Shown here: positions 11,032 through 20,112 of the stretch, in pieces
Layout: every line of letters starts with the position of its first letter
Position numbering within the stretch: the stretch's first letter is position 1
Source of the DNA: an uncultured Megamonas sp.
GTDB taxonomy: Bacteria; Bacillota; Negativicutes; Selenomonadales; Selenomonadaceae
Direction: 5' to 3'
DNA length: 64,000 nt
Assembly: GCA_963558795.1 (NCBI GenBank)
Contig: CAUWIH010000001.1
Span: forward strand, 3,546-67,545
Translations under genes and position numbers: made by a program
Notes under the pieces: generated by a model
What the model was told of the DNA's origin: nothing
Database searches by the model: none
What the model saw: only the letters and a program-made list of their open reading frames with translations

Positions 11032-12059
11032 TTAGTACGGTTTCTATTGTGTTTGTTTTTGGGTTATTAGTACTTGTGCATGAATTTGGACATTTTATTA
11101 GTGCGAAAAAAACAGGCATGCGTGTAGATGAATTTGCTATAGGATTTGGCCCTAAAATATGGAGTATGCAAAAAGGTGAAACATTATATTCTATTCGTGC
11201 TATTCCACTTGGTGGTTTTAATCGAATCGCTGGTATGGAAAAAGGTATGGATGAAGATGCAGGACAAAGAGCATATTGGGCTCGTCCTGTGTGGGCAAGA
11301 ATGATAGTAATATTAGCTGGTTCAGTAATGAATTTTATATTGCCATTTTTGATTTTTGCTGGAGTATTTTTCTTTAGTGGAATACAAACTCCGTCAAATG
11401 AGCCAGTTATTGGTCAAGTTGTTTCTGGAGAAGCAGCAAGTCAAGCTGGCTTAAAAACTGGTGATAAAATTTTAAAAGTAAATGGTGAAGAAGTTACTTC
11501 CTGGACAAATTTTGTGCAAAAAGTACAAAATGCAGATGGTAAAATTTTAAAAGTAGATTTTATTCGCGATAATGAACCAATGGCTACATCAGTAGTGCCA
11601 AAATATGATGAACAAGCTAAACGTGCATTAATTGGTGTAACAGCACCGATGAATGTGAAGAAAGTAAGTTTTATTGATTCGATAACTTTAGCGTTTACTA
11701 CAGTAATTAGTATTGTTTATCAAATGTATAGTGGACTTATTGGTATGATAACAGGTACAGTATCAGCTGAATTATCTGGACCAGTAGGTGTGGCTCAAAT
11801 GACAAGTCAAGCAGCACATTTGGGATTAGTTCCATTATTACAATTTGCTGCATTATTGAGCTTAAATTTAGGGATAATAAACTTATTACCTATACCAGCA
11901 TTAGATGGCGGTCATTTTGTAGTGTTATTAGTAGAAGCTATTCGTGGTAAAGCTATTGAGGCTAAATATGTACGTGTAGTGCAAATGGCAGGTATAATTT
12001 TATTATTATCTTTGATGTTTTTTGCAACTGCACAAGATGTAAGTAGATTGTTTGGCTAA
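11025..12059 (+). CDS. rseP: RIP/S2P metalloprotease RseP/RasP with PDZ domain
   Basis: HEFGH, PDZ domain, NLLPIPALDGG. Confidence 0.94.
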   Translation: MLISTVSIVFVFGLLVLVHEFGHFISAKKTGMRVDEFAIGFGPKIWSMQKGETLYSIRAIPLGGFNRIAGMEKGMDEDAGQRAYWARPVWARMIVILAGSVMNFILPFLIFAGVFFFSGIQTPSNEPVIGQVVSGEAASQAGLKTGDKILKVNGEEVTSWTNFVQKVQNADGKILKVDFIRDNEPMATSVVPKYDEQAKRALIGVTAPMNVKKVSFIDSITLAFTTVISIVYQMYSGLIGMITGTVSAELSGPVGVAQMTSQAAHLGLVPLLQFAALLSLNLGIINLLPIPALDGGHFVVLLVEAIRGKAIEAKYVRVVQMAGIILLLSLMFFATAQDVSRLFG

Positions 12060-12089
12060 TAAATACAACATAAAAAGGTGTTGGATATA

Positions 12090-13148
12090 ATGATAAAAAG
12101 AAAAAATACACGTCAAATCAGTATCGGAAATGTAAAAATTGGCGGTGGAGCACCAATTTCAGTACAATCAATGACAAATACGAAAACGACTGATACAAAG
12201 AAAACAGTAGAGCAAATAAATGCTTTAGTACAAGCTGGTTGCGATATTGTACGTTTAGCAATGCCGGATATGGAGGCTGCGGAAAATATTTATAATATTA
12301 AAAGTCAAGTAAATGTTCCATTAGTTGCAGATATTCATTTTGATTATCGTTTAGCATTGAAGGCTATTGAACAAGGTATTGATGCTTTACGTATAAATCC
12401 AGGGAATATTGGTAGTAAAGATAAAGTACAAGCTGTTGTCAATGCAGCTAAAGCAAAACATATACCTATTCGTATTGGTGTAAATGCAGGTTCATTAGAT
12501 AAAAAATTATTAGCAAAATATGGTAAAGTAACGCCAGAGGCTTTAGTAGAAAGTGCATTAGAACATGTAAAAATCTTAGAAGAATTGGATTTTCATGATA
12601 TAAAAATTTCATTAAAAGCACATGATGTACCACTTACATTAGATGCTTATCGTTTAATGAGTGAAACAGTAGATTATCCACTACATTTAGGTATTACGGA
12701 AGCTGGCACAGTTAATACTGGAATTATAAAATCTGCTGTAGGTATTGGTGCTTTACTTGCCGAAGGAATTGGCGATACTTTTAGAATTTCACTTACAGGT
12801 GACCCTGTGAATGAAGTGAAAGTGGCCAATGAAATTTTAAAAGCTTTAGGCTTGAAAGAATATGGACCTACATTGATATCTTGTCCTACTTGTGGTCGTT
12901 GTAATATAGACTTACCAAGTATTGCTGAAAAAGTAGAAAAAAGATTAGTGGGTATAACTAAACCAATAAAAGTCGCTGTTATGGGGTGTGTAGTAAATGG
13001 ACCTGGAGAAGCACGTGATGCAGATATTGGCATTGCTGGCGGAAAAGGTGAAGGTTTGGTTTTTAGAAAAGGTGAAGTAATTAATAAAGTACCAGAAGAT
13101 AAATTAGTAGATGCTTTATTTGAAGAGTTAGATAAACTCATAAAATAA
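12090..13148 (+). CDS. ispG: HMBPP synthase IspG (GcpE)
   Basis: [28 protein letters not shown] and [10 protein letters not shown] Fe-S motifs. ATG at 12090 after AAAGGTG. Confidence 0.97.
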   Translation: MIKRKNTRQISIGNVKIGGGAPISVQSMTNTKTTDTKKTVEQINALVQAGCDIVRLAMPDMEAAENIYNIKSQVNVPLVADIHFDYRLALKAIEQGIDALRINPGNIGSKDKVQAVVNAAKAKHIPIRIGVNAGSLDKKLLAKYGKVTPEALVESALEHVKILEELDFHDIKISLKAHDVPLTLDAYRLMSETVDYPLHLGITEAGTVNTGIIKSAVGIGALLAEGIGDTFRISLTGDPVNEVKVANEILKALGLKEYGPTLISCPTCGRCNIDLPSIAEKVEKRLVGITKPIKVAVMGCVVNGPGEARDADIGIAGGKGEGLVFRKGEVINKVPEDKLVDALFEELDKLIK

Positions 13149-13149
13149 T

Positions 13150-13189
13150 AAAAATGCACATCAAGGAAATAGCTTTGATGTGCATTTTT
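13150..13189. terminator. Bidirectional terminator between ispG and bioC
   Basis: AAAAATGCACATCAA...TTGATGTGCATTTTT, 15-bp inverted repeat between convergent genes. Confidence 0.8.
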
Positions 13190-13229
13190 GCATATATATA
13201 AGGAAATTTAATTATTTTAGTTGTTATTT

Positions 13230-13898
13230 TTAACTTTTTGTAGCAAAAAAGCAAGCGCCTTTATAGGTTAAGGTAGTATCAGGAAAAGATTTTATTTTTT
13301 TTACACTGCTTGTAGTAGCAAATCCTGTAACACCTGTATTTTTTAAATGTTTTAAAGCATCAATAGGTGTATTGAAATTAAGTTTATATTCGTATTCTTG
13401 TGAGTGAATACAAGTATAATATTTTTTTAAAATGAATAAAATATCATTATGAGAAAGATATTTTAAAGAAACGTTAAAATGATTAGTAATTTCATAAAGA
13501 TTATCTTGAATATAAATGGAGAATGCTAAGTTTTTGCTATGGTTAGATAATTTATAGATTAATTTTTCGAAATCATTAATCCATTGAAAGACAGAACTAG
13601 AAACAATAATATCGGTATCAGGGATAGATAACTCTTCAATATTTCCTTGGAGAAATTCTGTATAGCAAATATCATCTAAATGGGCTTTAGAATTATAAAT
13701 ATCATTTAATATAATAATGGAAGGGCTATAAGTATTTAAAAATAATTGTGTAAAAATGCCAGTACCACAGCCAATTTCTAAGACACTATTATATGAACCA
13801 GCGTTATGTTTTTTTAAAATATCTAGTAAGTTTTGAGCCAATTTTTTTTGCACAAGTGCATTTTCGTTGTAAGTATTAAATTTATGATTAAAATTCAT
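13230..13898 (-). CDS. bioC: Malonyl-ACP O-methyltransferase BioC-like
   Basis: SAM motif VLEIGCGTG, IVSSSVFQW, HLKNTGV; coupled to the BioG-like gene below a BirA box. Confidence 0.8.
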   Translation of the reverse strand: MNFNHKFNTYNENALVQKKLAQNLLDILKKHNAGSYNSVLEIGCGTGIFTQLFLNTYSPSIIILNDIYNSKAHLDDICYTEFLQGNIEELSIPDTDIIVSSSVFQWINDFEKLIYKLSNHSKNLAFSIYIQDNLYEITNHFNVSLKYLSHNDILFILKKYYTCIHSQEYEYKLNFNTPIDALKHLKNTGVTGFATTSSVKKIKSFPDTTLTYKGACFFATKS

Positions 13899-14496
13899 TT
13901 GGTTGCGCCTCCCAAAGGTCCTGCCAAGAAGTAATTTTATGCCAAATATAATGACCGCAAGTCAAATTTATTATAGGCACATTATTTTTCTTGAAATATA
14001 ATTGTTGTTTGGCGGTAGGAATAATTTTATCATTAGTGGCAACAATAGCTTTAGTAAAAAGGTTTGGTAAATTATCAGTATAATTATCTTTAAAATATTG
14101 TAGTTCATTTAATATATCATTAAAATTTTTTTTAGGAGGTTGGAAATTTTCATCAATAGCCATATTATTATAAAATTTTAATAAATTTTCAGGTGTAAGA
14201 GTATTTAAGGTGAGATTTAGTATTTTAGGATGAATGCCGTATTTGCCAATAGTATTACTATGTCCATTAATAGCGATGATTTGTGTGCAAGTTAATGGGT
14301 TTTTTAGTAAATATTTAGTTAAGTAATAACAGCCAAAAGACCAACTAATAGCCATAATTTCGTCATAAGTATCAAGTGGAAAATTGATTTCATAAGGAAA
14401 GTTTATGATTTTTAATTCAAAATTATCCGGTATAGCTAGATTTTTAAAATTTGATTGATCCATGCCCCAACCATTGAAAAATAAGATACAATTCAT
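13888..14496 (-). CDS. bioG: Pimeloyl-ACP methyl ester esterase, BioG/DUF452 family
   Basis: LFFNGWGMD start typical of DUF452, nucleophile elbow SWSFG, D(KII)P and GHY triad candidates. Confidence 0.78.
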   Translation of the reverse strand: MNCILFFNGWGMDQSNFKNLAIPDNFELKIINFPYEINFPLDTYDEIMAISWSFGCYYLTKYLLKNPLTCTQIIAINGHSNTIGKYGIHPKILNLTLNTLTPENLLKFYNNMAIDENFQPPKKNFNDILNELQYFKDNYTDNLPNLFTKAIVATNDKIIPTAKQQLYFKKNNVPIINLTCGHYIWHKITSWQDLWEAQPNEF

Positions 14497-14533
14497 AAAT
14501 ATTACCTCGAATAAATTTTTATTAAATTGTGTT

Positions 14534-14567
14534 AATGTTAACTTTGAAAATAATTATGGTTAACATT
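14534..14567. promoter_or_regulatory. BirA operator upstream of bioG-bioC
   Basis: Perfect AATGTTAAC-N16-GTTAACATT palindrome, matching the BirA consensus TGTTAAC-N14-16-GTTAACA. Confidence 0.85.
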
Positions 14568-14728
14568 TTACAGTGAGTTATATCAAAAGTCAATAGCAGT
14601 ATATTTGCTGGATAATATAAAATCCTATTGCCAAAATACTTTTTATAGTATATATTTATTTTAGCTATTTACCAAAATTTTACATAATAGTAAATTTTAT
14701 ATAAGAAAAAAAGAAGGGACGGTTAAAT

Positions 14729-16423
14729 TTGTTAAATAAAGGATTTTTAGGCAAAATAACAAATTATTTGCAAAGAGTTTTTGATGAACATTTTATGTTT
14801 ATTTTAACTTTATTTATAATTAATAGTGTAACTACAGCGTGGTCTCTTTTTGCTGAGGATAAAGCTGAAGTAGCAATAGGATATATTTTTTCAGTATGGT
14901 TAGGTTCTTTTTTAATAACTTGCATTATTGATTTATTACCAAAAAGATTTTTGCAAAAAATAGTAAAAATAATATTATTAATACCTATTGGTATAGTGTT
15001 TATTGGTGAGTTTTTTACCATGTATTGTTATAAAGCTTTAATTGGTACAGGTATTATTAATTCTGCTTTAGAAACTAATATGCGTGAAGCTACAGAATTT
15101 TTATCTATGTATGTGGGTTTTTCAGGATTATTTACAATTGTAGCAATAATTGTAGCCGGAGTTTTATTATATAAATATAATCCGTTCAAAAAAATAAATA
15201 TAAGTTATAATACTAAGACAAAATTGGTTAGCGTCTTAGTGGTGGCAAGTTTATTTTATACAATAAGAATGTTTGCGGTATATACTGATTTTATTTGGGA
15301 CGATAAGGTGTTACCAATACAGAGAGTATATGCATCTACATCTGTTGCGGTGAAGAATATGCAAGCATATAAAGAGTTATCATCACAGGTAAATAGTAAG
15401 GTAGAACTTACAGAAAATAAGAGTGAAATAAAAAATATAGTATTTATTTTGGGTGAATCTACAAATAGAAATCATATGCATTTGTATGGATATTATTTAC
15501 CAAATACGCCAAACCTTGATGAATTAAATCAAAAAGGTGAATTAAGTGTTTTTCGTGATGTAGTAAGTCCACATTCAACGACGATTGCTGTTTTGAGTAA
15601 ATTATTTACTTTTTGCGATCATGAATCAGATAAGGAATGGTATAACTATAATAATTTAATTGATGTAATGAATGCAGCTGGTTATAAAACACATTGGCTT
15701 TCTAATCAAGAAACTTCTGGTGTTTGGGGTAATGTGGCACAAATTTATGCAGCACATAGTACTGTAAGTGCATTTACACGTATTCGTGATTCTCGTGAGG
15801 ATTATGGTATTGTAGATGGTGAATTATTCCCACTTATTGATGATGCTATTGCCAATAGAAGTGAAGATAAAAACTTTTATGTAGTACATCTCATGGGTGG
15901 TCATGGATTATATTATAATCGTTTCCCTTATAGTTTTAGTAAATTTAATAAAGATGATATAACTTTACCAATCAGTGATGGTAAAAGGGAGATTGTAGCT
16001 CAATATGATAATGCACTTTATTATAATGACTATATTGTAAGTAGTATTATTGATAAATTCCGTGATAGCGAAACATTAGTTATTTATGTACCGGATCATG
16101 GGGAAGCTGTATACGATGAAGGCGAAGACATGTCAGGTCATATAGAAGAAAATCCAACTCATCATATGATAGAGATACCAGTGATTATATGGGCGTCTGA
16201 TAAATTTAAAGCAAAATATCCTGAAAAATGGTCTGAAATAAAAGCAGCAGTAAATAGACCATATATGACAGATGATATGATTCATACAGTAATGGATATT
16301 GCAGATATAAAAACTGCAGAATTCGATCCAACAAGAAGTATTATAAATGCTAAATTTAATGATAAACGACCACGTATATTTGATGGTATGGATTATGATA
16401 AAGAAATAAAAGAAGTAAAATAA
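14729..16423 (+). CDS. Phosphoethanolamine transferase (EptA/CptA family)
   Basis: N-terminal transmembrane helices plus sulfatase-like domain: ILGESTNR, putative catalytic Thr in PHSTTI, HLMGGH, PDHGE. Confidence 0.85.
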   Translation: MLNKGFLGKITNYLQRVFDEHFMFILTLFIINSVTTAWSLFAEDKAEVAIGYIFSVWLGSFLITCIIDLLPKRFLQKIVKIILLIPIGIVFIGEFFTMYCYKALIGTGIINSALETNMREATEFLSMYVGFSGLFTIVAIIVAGVLLYKYNPFKKINISYNTKTKLVSVLVVASLFYTIRMFAVYTDFIWDDKVLPIQRVYASTSVAVKNMQAYKELSSQVNSKVELTENKSEIKNIVFILGESTNRNHMHLYGYYLPNTPNLDELNQKGELSVFRDVVSPHSTTIAVLSKLFTFCDHESDKEWYNYNNLIDVMNAAGYKTHWLSNQETSGVWGNVAQIYAAHSTVSAFTRIRDSREDYGIVDGELFPLIDDAIANRSEDKNFYVVHLMGGHGLYYNRFPYSFSKFNKDDITLPISDGKREIVAQYDNALYYNDYIVSSIIDKFRDSETLVIYVPDHGEAVYDEGEDMSGHIEENPTHHMIEIPVIIWASDKFKAKYPEKWSEIKAAVNRPYMTDDMIHTVMDIADIKTAEFDPTRSIINAKFNDKRPRIFDGMDYDKEIKEVK

Positions 16424-16427
16424 AAAA

Positions 16428-16461
16428 TAAGTCCCTTAAGTATTTACGCTTAAGGGACTTA
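16428..16461. terminator. Terminator-like hairpin between convergent genes
   Basis: TAAGTCCCTTAAG...CTTAAGGGACTTA perfect 13-bp inverted repeat. Confidence 0.7.
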
Positions 16462-16463
16462 AT

Positions 16464-16964
16464 TTATTTACTTAATAAAGCTTTTTGCCAAGATTCTTGG
16501 AGCATCGGTAAACGAAAACGTGCATTAGCTGGACTAGTGGAAGGCAAAGTATAAAATGTGAATTGGGGATTATTTAATAAATCTTTATTATATTTTTTAA
16601 AACATTGAAAAGATTTTCCACCATTAAAGCAAATAGTAGTTATTTTAGGATATTTATTAAAAAGTTCATTAAAATCATTAGATTTTTCGTCATAAATAGC
16701 ACTGTCTAAGCTACCTTTACGAATACAAGAGTCAATAGAATCCCATAAGGCAACATGATTTTTAAGGAGCATAGATAATTTTTCTTGATAATTTGTAGGT
16801 ACGATGCCTTGATTGAAAAATATTGACATTAAAGGCCAAAATCTGTTTTGTGGATGTGCATAATATTGTTGCTGTTCAAGGGATTTTACGCTGGGCATTG
16901 AGCCTAAAATAAGGATAGTACAATTTTCATCAATAGATGGTGAAAAACCGCTGAGTCGATTCAT
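16464..16964 (-). CDS. Uracil-DNA glycosylase superfamily, hypoxanthine-DNA glycosylase (family 6-like)
   Basis: LILGSMPSVKSL..QYYAHPQNRFW, LWDSI, FNG and LPSTSPAN motifs. Confidence 0.85.
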   Translation of the reverse strand: MNRLSGFSPSIDENCTILILGSMPSVKSLEQQQYYAHPQNRFWPLMSIFFNQGIVPTNYQEKLSMLLKNHVALWDSIDSCIRKGSLDSAIYDEKSNDFNELFNKYPKITTICFNGGKSFQCFKKYNKDLLNNPQFTFYTLPSTSPANARFRLPMLQESWQKALLSK

Positions 16965-17027
16965 AATATATTAACCTCACTAAGTTAATTTTAAAATTAA
17001 AATATTTAAAGGTATATAAGCTGAAAG

Positions 17028-17798
17028 TTATTCTTTGATAAATTGTTTTATTGTTTGTTCGACAAGGTCTAAATCAACTGTGGTATTATAACATGGGCCA
17101 TTAGGGCGAATATTTAAAACACCAGCAGCAGGCAGTGGATATACATCTTGAATACCGCTAGTCAAATCACGTTCACAAGCGATGGCTAAAATCATTTTAG
17201 GACGAAGTTCTTTGGCGATTTTTCTAGCTAGTGTACCACCTGTGGCTACGCGAAAATGAAAACCTAAACGTTCAGACATTTCGATAAGTGGTCCTACACT
17301 ACATCGATTACATCGTTTGCAATTTTTAATATCATGAGTTATTTTGTGCGGACAAGAGGCAAGCTGTAGACAATGAGGAGAAATAACTAATAAATCTTTT
17401 GCTAAAACTTTAATGTGACGGTTCGCTAAAATATAGTTGTTTAAAGCAATGAAAGAACGTTCAATTTCACGTCTTTTGATATGAAAGATTTTTCCCCATA
17501 AAATAATTAGCGGAAACAAAAGATTAATAAAGATAAAGATATATTTATCTAAAAACGAAAATATTCGTATATTGGCGACATTAAATACCATATTTAAAAT
17601 AAATAAAAAGCAAAGAATGAAAATAAGGCTAGAACATATTACTAAAAATTGAGCTAATAATGTTAAATCTAAACTAATTAATCTAGGATAACATAGCCAA
17701 AGAATAAGATATGTTAATAAAACAATACTAAATAAACTAAGCATGGATAGCTTGATAAATAATCGTTTTTTGGTAGTAGTTAAAATATTGTCGTGCAT
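17028..17798 (-). CDS. DUF116 domain membrane protein
   Basis: Two TM helices then PHCLQ..CPH..C.RC..C, ATGGTLAR and AIACERDL..G; typical neighbour of fmt. Confidence 0.85.
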   Translation of the reverse strand: MHDNILTTTKKRLFIKLSMLSLFSIVLLTYLILWLCYPRLISLDLTLLAQFLVICSSLIFILCFLFILNMVFNVANIRIFSFLDKYIFIFINLLFPLIILWGKIFHIKRREIERSFIALNNYILANRHIKVLAKDLLVISPHCLQLASCPHKITHDIKNCKRCNRCSVGPLIEMSERLGFHFRVATGGTLARKIAKELRPKMILAIACERDLTSGIQDVYPLPAAGVLNIRPNGPCYNTTVDLDLVEQTIKQFIKE

Positions 17799-17888
17799 AA
17801 TATAACCTAGTCTTTCATAAAATAATTAAATATTAAACGGAATAAGAAAGCGAAAATAGCAAATATATTTGCTACTTTCGCTTATATA

Positions 17889-18827
17889 CTAAATAAAAGC
17901 TATATTAGAGTCAATAAGTTCTTTTTTATGTCCATTTAAATAAGAACTTGTTGGCATTTTGGCTTTATTTGGTGGTTGGATTTCTAATAATTCAAGAGCA
18001 CCATTACCTGTAGCAACAATAATACTATGTTTAGTTAAGTCTAAAATAGTACCAGGTTTACCTGTACCTGTAGTTACTTTGGTTTGCCAGATTTTAAATT
18101 TTTTACCATTTAAAGTAGTATAAGCTACTGGCCAAGAGTTTAAACCGCGAACAAGATTATGAATTTCAGTAGCAGATTTTGTCCAATCGATACGACAATT
18201 ATCATTATTAAGCATTTTTGCATAGCAAGATAAATTATCGTCTTGTTTAGTGCGTGGAGCTGTATTATTTTCAATTTTTTGTACAGTTTCTAATAATAAA
18301 TTTGCACCTTGAAGCATTAATTTATCATGAAGCATTTCGGTAGTCATGTCAGGTGTGATAGGTGTAGTAGCTTTTAAAATCATATCACCAGTATCAAGGC
18401 CTACATCCATATACATAGTAGTAACACCTGTTTCTTGGTCACCATTAATGATTGACCAATGAATAGGTGCAGCGCCACGCCAACGAGGAAGTAAAGAAGC
18501 ATGTACATTTACACAACCTAAAGCAGGAATATCTAAAATTTCTTTAGATAAAATTTGTCCAAAAGCAACAACGATGATTAAATCGGGATTGAGTTCACGA
18601 AGTTGAGCTACGCATTCAGCTGTTTTGATTTTTTCTGGTTGAAAAACTGTTAAATTATGTTCAATAGCAAATTTTTTAACAGGGGACATAGCTAGTTTTT
18701 GCCCACGTCCTTTTGGTCTATCTGGTTGTGTATATACAGCACTAACGTGATAATGTTTGTGTAAAATTTCTAAACAAGGTACAGCAAAATCTGGAGTACC
18801 CATAAATACGATATTTTTTATAGACAT
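17889..18827 (-). CDS. fmt: Methionyl-tRNA formyltransferase
   Basis: FMGTPDFA, TQPDRPKGRG, NVHASLLPRWRGAAPI, DTGD motifs. Confidence 0.97.
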   Translation of the reverse strand: MSIKNIVFMGTPDFAVPCLEILHKHYHVSAVYTQPDRPKGRGQKLAMSPVKKFAIEHNLTVFQPEKIKTAECVAQLRELNPDLIIVVAFGQILSKEILDIPALGCVNVHASLLPRWRGAAPIHWSIINGDQETGVTTMYMDVGLDTGDMILKATTPITPDMTTEMLHDKLMLQGANLLLETVQKIENNTAPRTKQDDNLSCYAKMLNNDNCRIDWTKSATEIHNLVRGLNSWPVAYTTLNGKKFKIWQTKVTTGTGKPGTILDLTKHSIIVATGNGALELLEIQPPNKAKMPTSSYLNGHKKELIDSNIAFI

Positions 18828-18838
18828 AAAGATACCTC

Positions 18839-19297
18839 TTAGTTTTGTGCTTTGTGTAAATTAGTAGCAATATCAATAAATAATTGACCATGTAAATGAT
18901 CAATTTCGTGTTGAAGACAACGAGCAAGCAATCCTGTAGCAGTAATACGATGACGTTTACCACGGCGATTTAAATATTCAACACTTACTTTACTAGCACG
19001 TTCAACTTCACCATAAATATTAGGAACACTAAGACAACCTTCAGTGTCTGTAGCACTGCCTTCTTTACGAATAATTGTAGGATTGATAAGTTCTAAAAGA
19101 CCTTCGCCAACATCAATAACTACAACTTGAATAGATTTGCCAACTTGTGGAGCAGCAAGACCAACACCATTAGCTTTATACATAGTTTCTGCCATGTCGT
19201 CGAGTAAAGTACGAATGCTTTTATCAATTTTTTCAATTGCTTGTGCTTGTTGTTTTAAAACAGCGTCACCAGCTTTTGTTATATCTAAAATAGCCAT
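18839..19297 (-). CDS. def: Peptide deformylase
   Basis: GVGLAAPQ, EGCLS and QHEIDHL motifs. Confidence 0.97.
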   Translation of the reverse strand: MAILDITKAGDAVLKQQAQAIEKIDKSIRTLLDDMAETMYKANGVGLAAPQVGKSIQVVVIDVGEGLLELINPTIIRKEGSATDTEGCLSVPNIYGEVERASKVSVEYLNRRGKRHRITATGLLARCLQHEIDHLHGQLFIDIATNLHKAQN

Positions 19298-19440
19298 AAA
19301 AAACCTCCTAAAAAATCACTTAAATTCACTGATATAAATTTTAACATAACTGTAGTTTAAAATCCAATCGAAAGCAAAATAAATGATATTTATGCTATAA
19401 TATTAAATAACTAGGATAAATATATTTGGAGAGTAAAATT

Positions 19441-20001
19441 ATGAGAAGTAGAACCTATTTAACACCTAATAGACATGAAAAATATATGATTGTTGATGGA
19501 TATAATGTAATAAATGCTTGGACTGAATTAAAAAAAATAGCAAGTGAAGATTTAGAATTAGCTAGAGATAAATTAGTGCATTTATTAATGGAATATGGAC
19601 AATATGAAAAATATGATGTTACGGTAGTTTTTGATGCACAATATACAAGTGCAGAAGAAAATATTGAAGAAAAATCCAAACATTGTAAGGTAGTTTATAC
19701 TAAAGAAAAAGAGACAGCAGATAGTTATATTGAGCGAAGTGCGTATGAAGCAACTAGATATTATGGTAAAGAAGTATATGTAGTAACATCAGATGGTGCA
19801 GAGCAGTCATTGATATTAGGTGCGGGTGCATATCGTATAACAGCAAAAGAATTATTACGAAGTATAAAACATAGTAAAAAAGATATTCGTGATGAATATA
19901 CTAGTATTCATGCATTACCCTTAAAACGTAGTGAAATTGGTTCAAGGATAACCGATGAAGTAATGGAAAAGTTAGAACAAATGCGTAAAAGTAAAAAATA
20001 A
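19441..20001 (+). CDS. NYN-domain protein, YacP/Rae1-like endoribonuclease
   Basis: IVDGYN, VVFDA, TADSYIE and VVTSD...EQ acidic NYN motifs. ATG at 19441 after GGAG. Confidence 0.85.
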   Translation: MRSRTYLTPNRHEKYMIVDGYNVINAWTELKKIASEDLELARDKLVHLLMEYGQYEKYDVTVVFDAQYTSAEENIEEKSKHCKVVYTKEKETADSYIERSAYEATRYYGKEVYVVTSDGAEQSLILGAGAYRITAKELLRSIKHSKKDIRDEYTSIHALPLKRSEIGSRITDEVMEKLEQMRKSKK

Positions 20002-20020
20002 TATTTGGTAGTTGCAATTT

Positions 20021-20058
20021 AAACAAAATGGGGTATAAAAGATTTCCCCATTTTGTTT
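20021..20058 (+). terminator. Hairpin/terminator after the NYN gene
   Basis: AAACAAAATGGGG...CCCCATTTTGTTT inverted repeat. Confidence 0.6.
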
Positions 20059-20112
20059 AGATTTTTTGTTATAATCTAAATTATAGATAAACATTATTGG
20101 GGAGGTATCTTT

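Noticed and set aside
14729-16423. Mobile colistin resistance (mcr) gene
   Set aside because: Family-level similarity only, no IS or plasmid context, and native-like composition.
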